A stretch of DNA of 40,722 nucleotides from an uncultured Ruminococcus sp. (GCA_902785765.1 CACZZU010000014.1:1-40722); one strand, 5' to 3'. Counted from the first letter of the stretch, positions 19,580 through 29,743 are shown. Program-made: numbers and translations. Notes: generated by a model not told the origin, from the sequence alone.

Positions 19580-19608
19580 TTGCATTTTTGCTTTATTATT
19601 GGTACAAT
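19580..19608 (+). promoter_or_regulatory. Internal promoter for tuf
   Basis: TTGCAT (19580-19585), 17-nt AT-rich spacer, TACAAT (19603-19608). Confidence 0.55.
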
Positions 19609-19654
19609 AGGGCTAGGTGCAACACTTATATTATATTTTAGGAGGTAATTTCCA

Positions 19655-20857
19655 ATGGCAAAGGAAAAATTTTCCAGAACGAAGCCCCATGTCAACATTG
19701 GTACAATCGGCCACGTTGACCACGGTAAGACAACCCTCACCGCTGCTATCACAAAGGTGCTGAACCTCGAAGGCGATGCAGAGTTCGTTGATTACGCTAA
19801 CATTGATAAGGCTCCCGAAGAGAGAGAGCGTGGTATCACCATCAACACCGCTCACGTTGAGTATGAGACACCCAACCGTCACTACGCTCACGTTGACTGC
19901 CCCGGACATGCTGACTATGTTAAGAACATGATCACCGGTGCTGCTCAGATGGACGGTGCTATCCTCGTTGTTTCTGCTGCTGACGGTCCGATGCCGCAGA
20001 CCAGAGAGCACATCCTCCTGTCTCGTCAGGTTGGCGTTCCTTATATCGTAGTCTTCATGAACAAGACTGACCAAGTTGACGACGAAGAGCTTCTCGACCT
20101 CGTAGAGATGGAGATCCGTGAGCTGCTGAACGAGTATGAGTTCCCGGGCGATGACACACCGATCATCCGTGGCTCTGCTTATCAGGCTCTGATTTCTGAC
20201 TCCAAGGATCCTCAGGCTCCCGAGTATCAGTGCATCCATGAGCTGATGAAGGCTGTTGACGAGTACATTCCGACTCCGGAGCGTACTACCGACCTGCCCT
20301 TCCTGATGCCTGTTGAGGACGTCTTCACCATCTCTGGCCGTGGTACTGTTGCTACCGGTAGAGTTGAGAGAGGTCAGATCAAGACTTCTGAAGAAGTTGA
20401 GATCGTTGGTCTTTCCGAGGAGAAGAGAAAGTCCGTTGTTACCGGTCTTGAGATGTTTAGAAAGACACTGGACTATGCTGAGGCTGGTGATAACGTAGGC
20501 GTTCTGCTCCGTGGTGTTCAGAAGTCCGAGATCGAGCGTGGACAGGTTATCGCAAAGCCCGGTTCCGTTCATCCTCACACCAAGTTCCAGGGTCATGTAT
20601 ATGTACTGACCAAGGATGAAGGCGGTCGTCATACTCCGTTCTTCAACAACTATCGTCCGCAGTTCTACTTCAGAACCACTGACGTTACCGGCGTTATCAA
20701 CCTGCCGGAAGGCACAGAGATGTGTATGCCTGGCGATAACGTTGATATGAACGTTGAGCTGATTACCCCGATCGCTATGGAAGAGGGTCTCCGCTTCGCT
20801 ATCCGTGAAGGCGGCAGAACCGTAGGTTCCGGCGTTGTTGCCAAGATCTACGAGTAA
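19655..20857 (+). CDS. tuf: Elongation factor Tu
   Basis: [33 protein letters not shown]..., [12 protein letters not shown]. 400 aa. Confidence 0.98.
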   Translation: MAKEKFSRTKPHVNIGTIGHVDHGKTTLTAAITKVLNLEGDAEFVDYANIDKAPEERERGITINTAHVEYETPNRHYAHVDCPGHADYVKNMITGAAQMDGAILVVSAADGPMPQTREHILLSRQVGVPYIVVFMNKTDQVDDEELLDLVEMEIRELLNEYEFPGDDTPIIRGSAYQALISDSKDPQAPEYQCIHELMKAVDEYIPTPERTTDLPFLMPVEDVFTISGRGTVATGRVERGQIKTSEEVEIVGLSEEKRKSVVTGLEMFRKTLDYAEAGDNVGVLLRGVQKSEIERGQVIAKPGSVHPHTKFQGHVYVLTKDEGGRHTPFFNNYRPQFYFRTTDVTGVINLPEGTEMCMPGDNVDMNVELITPIAMEEGLRFAIREGGRTVGSGVVAKIYE

Positions 20858-20889
20858 TCTACTCTTTCCGCATTGATTTTGCACCTTTC

Positions 20890-20924
20890 AAAGCCCCTGT
20901 CTGCTCTGCAGGCAGGGGCTTTTT
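20890..20924 (+). terminator. Rho-independent terminator after tuf
   Basis: Stem AGCCCCTG(T)CTGC / GCAG(G)CAGGGGCT followed by TTTT. Confidence 0.85.
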
Positions 20925-21273
20925 GATGCCTCCGGCAGGGGGTGAGCAGATCGGTTGTATTGGTCATTTGGCTGTTGATGACAGCCACAAAACGCAGCTG
21001 CGATAATTTTCTCGGAGTATGCGTGTTGGTTCGTGAGAAGGCACAAAGGCTCACGCTGGTGGAGGGCTGCTTGCAGAACGGAAGTGTCAGATGACGATGA
21101 CAGAGCAACGGTTTTGGCGGTGATAGCCAATGGCTGTGTGTTCAGTAAGCGGTTGGAAACGACAAAGGAATTAACGGCGGAAGCACGATGTCCGCAGATA
21201 CAGCCCTGTTGACATTGTGGGAAAAGAATGATAAACTTGTTGTAAAAACATTGACGGTGAAAAAGAAGGCGGG

Positions 21274-23325
21274 ATGTATATGAAGAAATGGGTGACAGCA
21301 CAGCTTGACAAGCGAAAGACGCAGGAGATCGCACAACGCTATCAACTGCCAATATTCACCGCATTACTGCTGACGATCAGGGGGGTGACCGAAAAAGAGG
21401 ATATCGAGCAGTTCTTCGATAACAGCGGACAGTTGCCCGACCCTTTTACCATTAAAGACATGGACAAGGCCGTAGAGTGTATCCGCTCTGCCCTTGAACG
21501 GCAGAGCAAGATCTGTATCTATGGGGACTATGACTGTGACGGGGTAACGTCTACGGCACTGCTGTACTCTTATTTGGAGTCCGTTTTTGCGAACGTCACC
21601 TACTACATTCCCGACCGGAGTACAGAAGGATACGGGATGAACAAACGTGCTCTCGACAAACTTAAAGAACAGGGTGTCGAGTTGATCGTAACGGTGGACA
21701 ACGGCATTTCGGCACTGGAAGAGGTGCTCTATGCACAACAATTGGGAATGGAGGTGGTGGTTACAGACCACCATAAACCGCAGGACATCCTGCCTTGTGC
21801 GGCCGCCGTGGTAGATCCGCACCGCCTGGACGATACTTCGGAATTTACAGACTGCTGTGGTGCCGGTTTAGCAATGATGCTGGCGATCGCCTTGGAGGGC
21901 GACAGCTTTACGATACTTGAAAACTATTCCGATCTGGCAGCATTGGGTACGGTAGCCGATCTGGTTCCGCTTGACGGTGTGAACCGTATGATCGTGAAAG
22001 AAGGTCTGGTCCGTATCAATAATACCGACCGTCCCGGTTTGATTAGTCTGATGGAACAGGCACAGGTGGAAAAAGCGAATGCCGGTTTGATCGGGTTTCG
22101 TCTGGCACCACGCATCAATGCCGCCGGTCGGTTAGGCTCACCATACGATGCGTTTTCCTTGTTGTTGAGTGAGGATGATGAACAGTCACAAGAATTGGCG
22201 GAGAAGCTCAACGACCTGAACGTTCAGCGGCAGTCCATTGAGAACCAAATCTATGAAGACATCTGTCGGATGTTGACCGAACGTCCCGATTTGGCGCTCG
22301 ACCGCGTGATAGTAGTATCCTCTGAAGCATGGAATGCGGGTGTCATCGGCATAGTAGCCTCCCGCATCACCGAAAAGTACGGCAAGCCGTGCATCATCAT
22401 TTCGGAGGGAGATGACATCTGCAAAGGGTCCGGCCGCAGCGTGTCCGGCTTTTCATTGGTCGATGCGATCTTTGCCTGTGCAGACTATCTCGACAGATTC
22501 GGCGGTCACCCGATGGCGGCGGGCATCAGTTTGCAGCGGGAACGCATCGAAGACTTTCGCAGTGCCATCAATGCCTATGCCGATCGGTTGGAGTATATGC
22601 CCCTGCTGACGGTCAAGATCGACAGCAAGCTTAATCCGAACCAGATCGTGGTCGACATGGTGCATCAGCAGCAGCGTTTTGAACCGTTTGGTTATGGCAA
22701 CCCCAAGCCCGTTTTCAGTCTGTGCGGTATGAAACTGGAGCGTATCCTTCCGTTGTCGGGTGGAAAACATATCAAGCTGGTTGTCTCGCGTGACCAAGCC
22801 AGACTCAATCTGATGAAGTTCTCGACCACGCCAGAAGAATTTCCCTACGAAGAGGGCAGTCTGCTGGATTTTGCGGTGTCGCTGGACATCAATCTCTATC
22901 AGCAGCAGGAGTATCTGTCCTTTAGCATCAAGGACATCAAACCATCCGACTTCGATAGCGAAACCGCCATGCTGGAACTGCAGCTGTATGAGCAGTATTA
23001 TAAGGAACATTACACGCCGCAGCTTGTCGGGTACTATCCTACCCGTGAGGATTTCGCGGTGATTTACCGTTATCTCCGTCAGCACGTCCGTTCGGTTTAT
23101 ACCATTGATTCGCTGTTGGCGGCGATGCACTCGCCGTCCATCGGGGCGTTCAAGCTGCTGATGGTGCTGGATATTATGAAGGAAATGAAACTGATCGTTT
23201 ACAGCCGCACGGGGGATCTTTTGAATGTGCAGCTGCAGGCTGTCAGCGGCAAGGTCGATTTGGACACATCGTTGACGTACAGGAAACTAAAGGAGGTTAT
23301 CAGTCATGTCGGACATCATTCCTAA
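21274..23325 (+). CDS. recJ: Single-stranded-DNA-specific exonuclease RecJ
   Basis: DHH family motifs (IYGDYDCDGVTS, VTVDNGI, VVVTDHHKP) and a DHHA1 region (GGHPMAAG). The start may be ATG 21274 or ATG 21280. Confidence 0.9.
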   Translation: MYMKKWVTAQLDKRKTQEIAQRYQLPIFTALLLTIRGVTEKEDIEQFFDNSGQLPDPFTIKDMDKAVECIRSALERQSKICIYGDYDCDGVTSTALLYSYLESVFANVTYYIPDRSTEGYGMNKRALDKLKEQGVELIVTVDNGISALEEVLYAQQLGMEVVVTDHHKPQDILPCAAAVVDPHRLDDTSEFTDCCGAGLAMMLAIALEGDSFTILENYSDLAALGTVADLVPLDGVNRMIVKEGLVRINNTDRPGLISLMEQAQVEKANAGLIGFRLAPRINAAGRLGSPYDAFSLLLSEDDEQSQELAEKLNDLNVQRQSIENQIYEDICRMLTERPDLALDRVIVVSSEAWNAGVIGIVASRITEKYGKPCIIISEGDDICKGSGRSVSGFSLVDAIFACADYLDRFGGHPMAAGISLQRERIEDFRSAINAYADRLEYMPLLTVKIDSKLNPNQIVVDMVHQQQRFEPFGYGNPKPVFSLCGMKLERILPLSGGKHIKLVVSRDQARLNLMKFSTTPEEFPYEEGSLLDFAVSLDINLYQQQEYLSFSIKDIKPSDFDSETAMLELQLYEQYYKEHYTPQLVGYYPTREDFAVIYRYLRQHVRSVYTIDSLLAAMHSPSIGAFKLLMVLDIMKEMKLIVYSRTGDLLNVQLQAVSGKVDLDTSLTYRKLKEVISHVGHHS

Positions 23326-25486
23326 ATACTATGAAGACTATCATGAGCTTGTCGAACTGATGCAAAAAAGCAACCACGACTACGACTTTGAACTGGTTGA
23401 TCGGGCGTATCGCTTTGCTGAAAAGAATCATGGCGACCAACGCAGAGCCTCCGGCATTCCGTATATTCTCCATCCCACTTCGGTGGCCTGTATTCTGGCG
23501 GAGCTGGGAATGGACAGCGAATCGCTGGCTGCTGCCCTGCTGCATGATGTGGTGGAAGATACGCCGGTGACGTTGGAGGAGATCGTGTCCCTCTTCGGAC
23601 AGGAAATTGCTGACTTGATTGATGGCGTGACCAAGTTGGGTAAAATACCGTACTCGTCCCGTGAAGAACAGCAGGCGGAAAATATTCGCAAGATGCTTAT
23701 TGCCATGGCGAAGGATATTCGTGTTATCATCATCAAGCTGGCCGACCGCCTGCACAATATGCGTACCATCGAGTGTATGAAGGAGCAGCACCGCCGTGAT
23801 AAAGCGTTGGAAGTCATGGAGGTCTACGCTCCGATCGCTCACCGTCTCGGTATCCGTGCGATCAAGGAGGAACTGGAAGACCTTGCGATCCGCTACCTCG
23901 ACCCCGTAGGTTATGCGGAAATCGAGCGTCAGTTGGAGAAAAAGAGCAAGGATCGTGTGCACTTTGTGGCAGACATCAAACAAAGCTTGTATGACCGTCT
24001 GCAAGGCGACATTAACAACGTCTATATCTCCGGCCGTGTTAAGAGTATCCACGGCATCTATAAGAAGACCTTCATGAAGGGCAAGACCATGGATCAGATC
24101 TATGACATCTTCGCTGTGCGTGTTATCGTGGACACGGTTGCGGATTGTTATAATGTACTGGGCATCGTCCATGATATGTTCCGTCCCCTGCCGAACCGCT
24201 TCAAGGACTATATTTCTACTCCGAAGCCCAATATGTATCAGTCCCTGCACACGACTGTCATCGGCAAAGAGGGCATTCCCTTCGAGATACAGATCCGCAC
24301 ATGGGAGATGCACTATACTGCCGAGTATGGTATCGCAGCACATTGGAAGTACAAGGAAGGCATCACCAAAAAGGATTCGCTGGATGAACGCTTGGCGTGG
24401 ATCCGGAAGATGCTGGAGAACCAGAGTGATAACGACTCGACAGAGATCGTATCCACCATCAAGATGGATCTGGTGCCGGAAGAGGTGTTCATCTTCACGC
24501 CGAAGGGGGATGTCATCAGTTTGCCGACCGGTGCCACAGTGATTGACGTAGCGTATGCCATCCATAGCGGAGTTGGCAACCGCATGATCGGAGCGAAGGT
24601 GGATAAACGTATCGTTCCGATCGACTATAAGGTAAAGACCGGCGAAATCGTAGAGATCATCACCACCAAGGAAGAAGGTGGACCCAAGCGTGACTGGCTG
24701 AATATCGTCAAGACCAGTGAAGCCCGCAGCAAGATACGCTTATGGTTCAAGCGGGAGAAGCGTGACGAGAATATCATAGAGGGTCGTACTCAACTGGAAA
24801 CGGAGTTTCGTCGGTTGGGGATCCATATTCCCGAAAAGGAACTGCCTGAATTTTTGGAGGACGTTATCCGCCGCCAGAACTGCAACTCGCTGGAAGACTT
24901 CTATGCGTCCATTGGCTATGGCGGTGTTCAGCTGTGGCGTATCCTGCCTAAACTCAAGGAAGAGTATATCAAAAAGTATGTCGATACCGAGCCTGCCCCT
25001 GTGGTTATCAAGGAACCGGCCAAACGCAAAGTCAGCGGCGGTGTGCACATCGAGGGCATTGATGACTGTCTGGTGAAATTCTCCCGCTGCTGTAATCCGC
25101 TTCCGGGCGATGACATTATCGGTTTCATCACCAGAGGATACGGAGTATCTATTCATAAACGTACCTGCACGAATGTGCCGAAGAATCTGGAAGATGCCGA
25201 AGAACCCGAACGCTGGGTCAAGGCGGAGTGGGCAGAACGTCTCACGAACGAGACTTTCCAATCCACCTTGCAGATCATGGCGACCGATCGGACCGGTTTG
25301 CTGGCAGATGTCACGAACCAGTTGTCTGCCCTGCACCTGTTCATCCACTCCATGAACTCCCGTGAGGTCAAAAACGGCATGGCCTTTATTGAGGTGTCGA
25401 TCACGGTCAACAGTATCAATCACCTCCGCATGGTCATCAGCCGTCTCAGCGGCATCAACGGCATCGTTTCCATCGGGCGTGCATAA
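23306..25486 (+). CDS. relA: Bifunctional (p)ppGpp synthetase/hydrolase RelA/SpoT homologue
   Basis: HD hydrolase domain (HPTSVACILAELG...LHDVVEDT), synthetase domain (...YQSLHTTV...EIQIRT), and TGS and ACT regions. 726 aa. Overlaps the recJ stop by 20 nt. Confidence 0.95.
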   Translation: MSDIIPKYYEDYHELVELMQKSNHDYDFELVDRAYRFAEKNHGDQRRASGIPYILHPTSVACILAELGMDSESLAAALLHDVVEDTPVTLEEIVSLFGQEIADLIDGVTKLGKIPYSSREEQQAENIRKMLIAMAKDIRVIIIKLADRLHNMRTIECMKEQHRRDKALEVMEVYAPIAHRLGIRAIKEELEDLAIRYLDPVGYAEIERQLEKKSKDRVHFVADIKQSLYDRLQGDINNVYISGRVKSIHGIYKKTFMKGKTMDQIYDIFAVRVIVDTVADCYNVLGIVHDMFRPLPNRFKDYISTPKPNMYQSLHTTVIGKEGIPFEIQIRTWEMHYTAEYGIAAHWKYKEGITKKDSLDERLAWIRKMLENQSDNDSTEIVSTIKMDLVPEEVFIFTPKGDVISLPTGATVIDVAYAIHSGVGNRMIGAKVDKRIVPIDYKVKTGEIVEIITTKEEGGPKRDWLNIVKTSEARSKIRLWFKREKRDENIIEGRTQLETEFRRLGIHIPEKELPEFLEDVIRRQNCNSLEDFYASIGYGGVQLWRILPKLKEEYIKKYVDTEPAPVVIKEPAKRKVSGGVHIEGIDDCLVKFSRCCNPLPGDDIIGFITRGYGVSIHKRTCTNVPKNLEDAEEPERWVKAEWAERLTNETFQSTLQIMATDRTGLLADVTNQLSALHLFIHSMNSREVKNGMAFIEVSITVNSINHLRMVISRLSGINGIVSIGRA

Positions 25487-25673
25487 AAACAACACAAGGA
25501 ACAACGAAGGAAACGGGGAGCAGATCGCTCCCCGCTAGGATTTGGGGGCAGATGTCCGGTAAGTTTCTCTGTCGGGAAGGCTATCGTGCAGCACCATCGT
25601 TATGGCTGTCGTTGATTACAAATAGTCCGCGTGACAACAGTGATATGCTGCCCCAACCGGAAGGGAGAAGAGA

Positions 25674-26119
25674 ATGAGAGCAGTTGTACAGAGAGTGGCA
25701 AATAGTTCGGTAACCGTAGAAGGTACGACCACGGGAGCGATTGAGCAGGGGTTTCTGATCCTGTTGGGTGTGGCGGTCGAGGATACCGAAAAAGAGGCGG
25801 AAAAATTGAGTGCCAAGATAGCGGGGCTGCGGGTCTTTACCGATGCACAGGACAAGATGAACCTGTCCCTTCAGGACATCGGCGGAGCGGTACTGGTGGT
25901 ATCGAACTTCACATTGTGTGCTGATTACCGCACGGGACGAAGACCCTTCTTTGGGGGAGCCGCCCGTCCGGAAAAGGCGGAGCCGCTGTACGAACGCGTC
26001 GTCGCGCAGCTGCGCGCGCAACTCGGCGCGAGAAGGGCATCTTCGGGGCGGATATGAAGGTATCCCTGCTCAATGACGGCCCTGTGACGCTCATCATCGA
26101 CACTGATCAGTTGGCATAA
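25674..26119 (+). pseudogene. dtd: D-aminoacyl-tRNA deacylase, reading frame broken near 26025-26032
   Basis: Frame A reads MRAVVQRV...[12 protein letters not shown]...[16 protein letters not shown], then runs into nonsense and stops at 26057. The conserved C-terminus [29 protein letters not shown] is in a different frame and ends at TAA 26117-26119. The break lies in a GC-rich GCGCGCGC-type stretch. Confidence 0.8.
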
Positions 26120-26143
26120 ACACCACGAAAGGAAGGAAAGACA

Positions 26144-26794
26144 ATGATCCATGTGGAATGTTTTCCGTTAGGAGAGTTACAGGCGAACTGTTACCTTGCC
26201 TGCGACAAGGAGCAGGGAATCGCCTTGTTAGTGGATCCGGGAGAATCCTCTCCTGCTTTAGTGAACCGGATACGTTCACGGGTAGGGGATGGGCTGCAAT
26301 ATATCTTGCTGACGCACGGTCACTTTGACCACATCGGCGGAGTGGCGTCCATGAAGTCGGCGTTTCCGCAGGCACGCATTGTCATCGGTACGGCTGATGC
26401 GGATTATCCGCAGTTGGGGGACAAGAATCTGGCGTATCATTTTGGCGGAATGGTCGAACCGTTTATACCGGATTGTTTGGTGAACGACAAGGATACGCTG
26501 CCGTTTGGTACCTATACGATACAGGTATTAAGTACACCGGGTCATACCAAAGGCGGAGTATGTTATCGTTTGGATGACCACTTGTTTACTGGCGACACGC
26601 TCATCAGCGGCACGACAGGACGTACCGACTTTCCAACCGGCAGTATTGTGGATATGATGCACTCCATGGCGAAGCTGGCACAGGTCGAAGGAAATCCAAC
26701 CGTCTACTGCGGTCACGGGGACATCACGACCATGGACGATGAGCGAGCCTACAACTATTTTTTGAGGAAATACATCTATGACGATCTATCTTAA
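26144..26794 (+). CDS. MBL-fold metallo-hydrolase (glyoxalase II-like)
   Basis: LLTHGHFDHIGG metal-binding motif. TPGHT and later His/Asp ligands. 216 aa. Confidence 0.85.
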   Translation: MIHVECFPLGELQANCYLACDKEQGIALLVDPGESSPALVNRIRSRVGDGLQYILLTHGHFDHIGGVASMKSAFPQARIVIGTADADYPQLGDKNLAYHFGGMVEPFIPDCLVNDKDTLPFGTYTIQVLSTPGHTKGGVCYRLDDHLFTGDTLISGTTGRTDFPTGSIVDMMHSMAKLAQVEGNPTVYCGHGDITTMDDERAYNYFLRKYIYDDLS

Positions 26795-28286
26795 CCACGC
26801 CTTTCACTACGAAACAGAGAATCTGGTGAGGCTATTCTTTCCTAACGACAAGATCACGGTCTGTCAGGAGCCGCCAACAGAGACGACCCGTCCATTGGTG
26901 ACGGCGTTGATACTGCCCGAAGACGGCGGGCAGCGGATATTTGTTTCCGCAGCGGCAGAGAATTTTTATGCCGAAGATACCGTATTGGTGTCGGCAGACA
27001 GTATGCCGGAAGGCTATGAGGCGGATAAACAGCTTGAACGCACGTTAGCTGTCACATTGTATGGACTGTTGGTAAAGCTGACGGGACGTCAGCAGCCGTG
27101 GGGGATCCTGACCGGTGTGCGTCCCATCAAGCTGTTTCGGCGTTTGGCCGAACAGTATGACGAAGCCTATGCGAAGAACTACTTTCAGAAGGAACTGTTA
27201 GTTTCGCGGGAAAAGACCGATTTGAGTGCGGTGACGGAGAAATACGAAAAACGGGTACTGGCGTTGAGCCGCCCCCGTTCGTTCAGCTTATATGTGTCGA
27301 TACCGTTCTGTCCATCACGATGTTCGTACTGTTCGTTCGTATCGCAGACGATTGAAAATGCCAAGAAACTGATCGAGCCGTACTTCACGCTGTTGTGTCA
27401 GGAATTAGCAGCCACCGCTGAAATCGCAGCGGCGTGTCAGTTACAGTTGGAGAGTGTGTATATCGGCGGAGGCACGCCCACCACCCTCTCGGCGGAGCAG
27501 CTGCGAACGCTCATCGAAACGATACGACGCTGCTTTGACATGACAACGTGCCGTGAATTTACCGTAGAAGCCGGTCGTCCCGATACCATCGACAGCGACA
27601 AGCTGCAAGCGATTATGGAAGGCGGTGCCGACCGAATCAGCATCAATCCGCAGACGCTCAATGACGATGTTCTGCATGTGATCGGTCGCCGCCACAGTGC
27701 TCAAGAAGCACTGGAAGCGTTTGCACTGGCACGGGAGATCGGGTTCCGGCACATCAACATGGATTTGATTGCCGGTTTGCCGACAGACACGCCGGAGAGT
27801 TTTATCCAAACGTTGGACAAACTTTGTGACTTGTCGCCGGAGAGTATCACGGTGCACACTCTTTCGATGAAACGCTCGTCCCGCCTGACGTTACAAGGCA
27901 GTGCACTGGATACCGTGAAGGAGTCGCCGGCGGCGGTCATGCTGCGTTACGGCGAACAGAAACTAACTGCCGAAGGCTATCATCCATACTATCTGTACCG
28001 GCAGACCCGCATGGAAGGCAATCTGGAGAATGTAGGATGGGCGAAAGACGGTTTTGATGGGTTGTATAACATCTTCGTCATGGACGAGACACATACGATC
28101 CTTGGCTGCGGAGCCGGTGCTGTCACGAAGCTGAAAAAGCCGCTGTCCGAATCGCTGGAACGCATATTCAACTACAAATACCCGTATGAATATATCAACG
28201 GCTTTGATGAGCTGCTGCGGAGAAAAGAGAGGGTGACCACATTCTATGATGAACTGGCTGAATACCTATCGCAGATATGCCTGTGA
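26778..28286 (+). CDS. hemZ: HemN/HemZ-like radical SAM protein (oxygen-independent coproporphyrinogen oxidase family)
   Basis: Radical SAM cluster motif CPSRCSYCSF, a downstream GGGTP motif, and a HemN-type length (502 aa) with an N-terminal extension typical of HemZ. Confidence 0.75.
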   Translation: MTIYLNHAFHYETENLVRLFFPNDKITVCQEPPTETTRPLVTALILPEDGGQRIFVSAAAENFYAEDTVLVSADSMPEGYEADKQLERTLAVTLYGLLVKLTGRQQPWGILTGVRPIKLFRRLAEQYDEAYAKNYFQKELLVSREKTDLSAVTEKYEKRVLALSRPRSFSLYVSIPFCPSRCSYCSFVSQTIENAKKLIEPYFTLLCQELAATAEIAAACQLQLESVYIGGGTPTTLSAEQLRTLIETIRRCFDMTTCREFTVEAGRPDTIDSDKLQAIMEGGADRISINPQTLNDDVLHVIGRRHSAQEALEAFALAREIGFRHINMDLIAGLPTDTPESFIQTLDKLCDLSPESITVHTLSMKRSSRLTLQGSALDTVKESPAAVMLRYGEQKLTAEGYHPYYLYRQTRMEGNLENVGWAKDGFDGLYNIFVMDETHTILGCGAGAVTKLKKPLSESLERIFNYKYPYEYINGFDELLRRKERVTTFYDELAEYLSQICL

Positions 28287-29208
28287 CATCCACCGTATCA
28301 ACCAAGAGGTACGTCATAACCCAGAAGACTTCATACAGACGGTCGAACGTATCTTCCATGGCGATATACAGGTGATCGTTGACAGGATCCTGAACCTGCC
28401 GGTCGAACGGCATATGGTGTATTTATCGGGACCGTCTGGCAGCGGCAAGACCACGACCGGTAAAAAGCTGGCAGAAGCCTTTGAAGCGAAAGGATGCCAT
28501 GCGATTCTGGTGAGCATGGATGACTTCTATCTTGGCAAGGACTACATCCCTCTCTTGCCCAATGGCAAACGCGATTTTGAAGCGGTCGAAGCACTGAATA
28601 TTCCGTTAGTGAAGGAATGTGTCCGGCGGATCGTGCAGACGGGGGAGTGCACGATGCCGGTGTATGACTTTACCGCCAGCCGCCGCAGTGACCAACAGCG
28701 GACGATTACTGCCCAAAAAGACTCGGTAGTCATTATGGAAGGCATTCACGCCCTCAATCCGGTGTTTGACGATACGCTGCCCCCTGAATATGTCAGCAAA
28801 ATCTATGTAGCGGTCAAGCAAGGCATCAAGGATAACGAAGACTATGTGCTGACGAACCGTGAGATTCGTCTCCTGCGGCGTATCATGCGGGACAGCCGTT
28901 TTCGTGGGACGCCGCCGGAGCTGGTGATCGAGCGGTGGGAGGATGTCGTGCTCGGTGAGCGGCGGAATATCCGCCCCTATCGTTACAGCAGTGACTTTAC
29001 GCTGAACTCGATTCATATTTATGAGCCGTGTCTCATCAAAGATGCGGCTATTGCGTTGTTGTCTGCGGTGCGGTCATCGCCGGAAGTGGAAGCAGTGGCC
29101 CGCCATCTCGTTCATGCTCTGGAACGCTTCGAGAGTGTCCGTGAGGAACTGGTGCCGACCAATTCCCTCATACGGGAATTTATCGGCGGCGGCAGTTACG
29201 AATATTGA
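28246..29208 (+). CDS. Uridine kinase / phosphoribulokinase-family nucleoside kinase
   Basis: P-loop GPSGSGKTTTGKKL, SMDDFY, PVYDF, VIMEGIHAL and RRIMRDSRFRG motifs are collinear with Udk. Overlaps the hemZ-like gene by 41 nt. Confidence 0.75.
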   Translation: MMNWLNTYRRYACDIHRINQEVRHNPEDFIQTVERIFHGDIQVIVDRILNLPVERHMVYLSGPSGSGKTTTGKKLAEAFEAKGCHAILVSMDDFYLGKDYIPLLPNGKRDFEAVEALNIPLVKECVRRIVQTGECTMPVYDFTASRRSDQQRTITAQKDSVVIMEGIHALNPVFDDTLPPEYVSKIYVAVKQGIKDNEDYVLTNREIRLLRRIMRDSRFRGTPPELVIERWEDVVLGERRNIRPYRYSSDFTLNSIHIYEPCLIKDAAIALLSAVRSSPEVEAVARHLVHALERFESVREELVPTNSLIREFIGGGSYEY

Positions 29209-29353
29209 CGGAACGGTCTGCATACGCAGTTGAGCGATAGAGAGCACCATCATGTGTTTCCAAGGAGACACCCATCACTTTCCGGACGGCAGCCATGACC
29301 GAAGGAAAGTTTCCTGGCGGAGGATTTTGCTGAAAATATCACGGGAAAGGGGC

Positions 29354-29382
29354 TTGAAGAACCACTGCAACCGTGTTATAAT
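29354..29382 (+). promoter_or_regulatory. Strong sigma-A type promoter with extended -10
   Basis: TTGAAG (29354-29359), 17-nt spacer ending in TGT, TATAAT (29377-29382). The next credible CDS start is 400 nt downstream at 29783. Confidence 0.6.
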
Positions 29383-29509
29383 GGGAAAGTCCGTTCGGAA
29401 CAATGTCTGTGACGGCGGAGTTTACTCATGTCAAGAAAATTTCCGAGAAATACCAACGTGATGACGGTCGTTAACGGTGAACGCTTTCAACTGACAGCGG
29501 CGGCACTCC

Positions 29510-29743
29510 CACGGAAATCAATTGTCAAAATCTGATAGCTGACAGAGCAGCCATTCCATTTTTGAACGCTGCTTTTGCAAGTGTTTCTTATAAAAGTTCA
29601 GCGGTTTTAGGAAAGGGGGTGCGGGTATCCGGCGGATACCTTCGCCCATCGGCCGAGCCGACAGGCGAGACAGGGGGAAAAACCTTTTTCCGCTGGAAAA
29701 GGGTTTTCCCCATGTAACTGACCGGCCAAACTTGATTTCCGTG
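29510..29743. mobile_element. MITE-like non-autonomous element, copy B (234 bp, carries a nested 99-nt insert)
   Basis: Same termini as copy A: CACGGAAATCAA (29510-29521) and TTGATTTCCGTG (29732-29743). Flanked by GCGGCACTCC (29500-29509) and GCGGCACGCC (29744-29753). Collinear with copy A except for the extra segment 29609-29707. Confidence 0.6.

Noticed and set aside
19631-20884. 417-codon open reading frame on the minus strand, fully antisense to tuf
   Set aside because: It exactly mirrors a highly conserved, strongly codon-biased gene. It has no RBS or promoter, and its translation is low-complexity and not protein-like. Long antisense ORFs are a known by-product of codon bias.
23300-24565. 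421-codon minus-strand ORF antisense to relA. The same applies to other long antisense or overlapping ORFs (for example 36002-36970, 39787-40638, 16019-16885).
   Set aside because: Each overlaps a plus-strand gene with clear family motifs. None has a start-site context or a recognisable domain.
26020-26060. Programmed ribosomal frameshift in dtd, by analogy with prfB
   Set aside because: There is no in-frame stop at the shift site with an upstream Shine-Dalgarno-like stimulator, and no slippery sequence. Dtd is not known to use recoding. A GC-rich indel error or mutation is the simpler explanation.
29383-29400. GGGAAAGTCCG directly after the -10 box resembles the conserved GGAAAGUCCG of the RNase P RNA P4 region
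   Set aside because: The 5' half of P4 and P1-P3 are not upstream of it. None of the other conserved RNase P blocks follow, and the available length before the repeat element is far too short.
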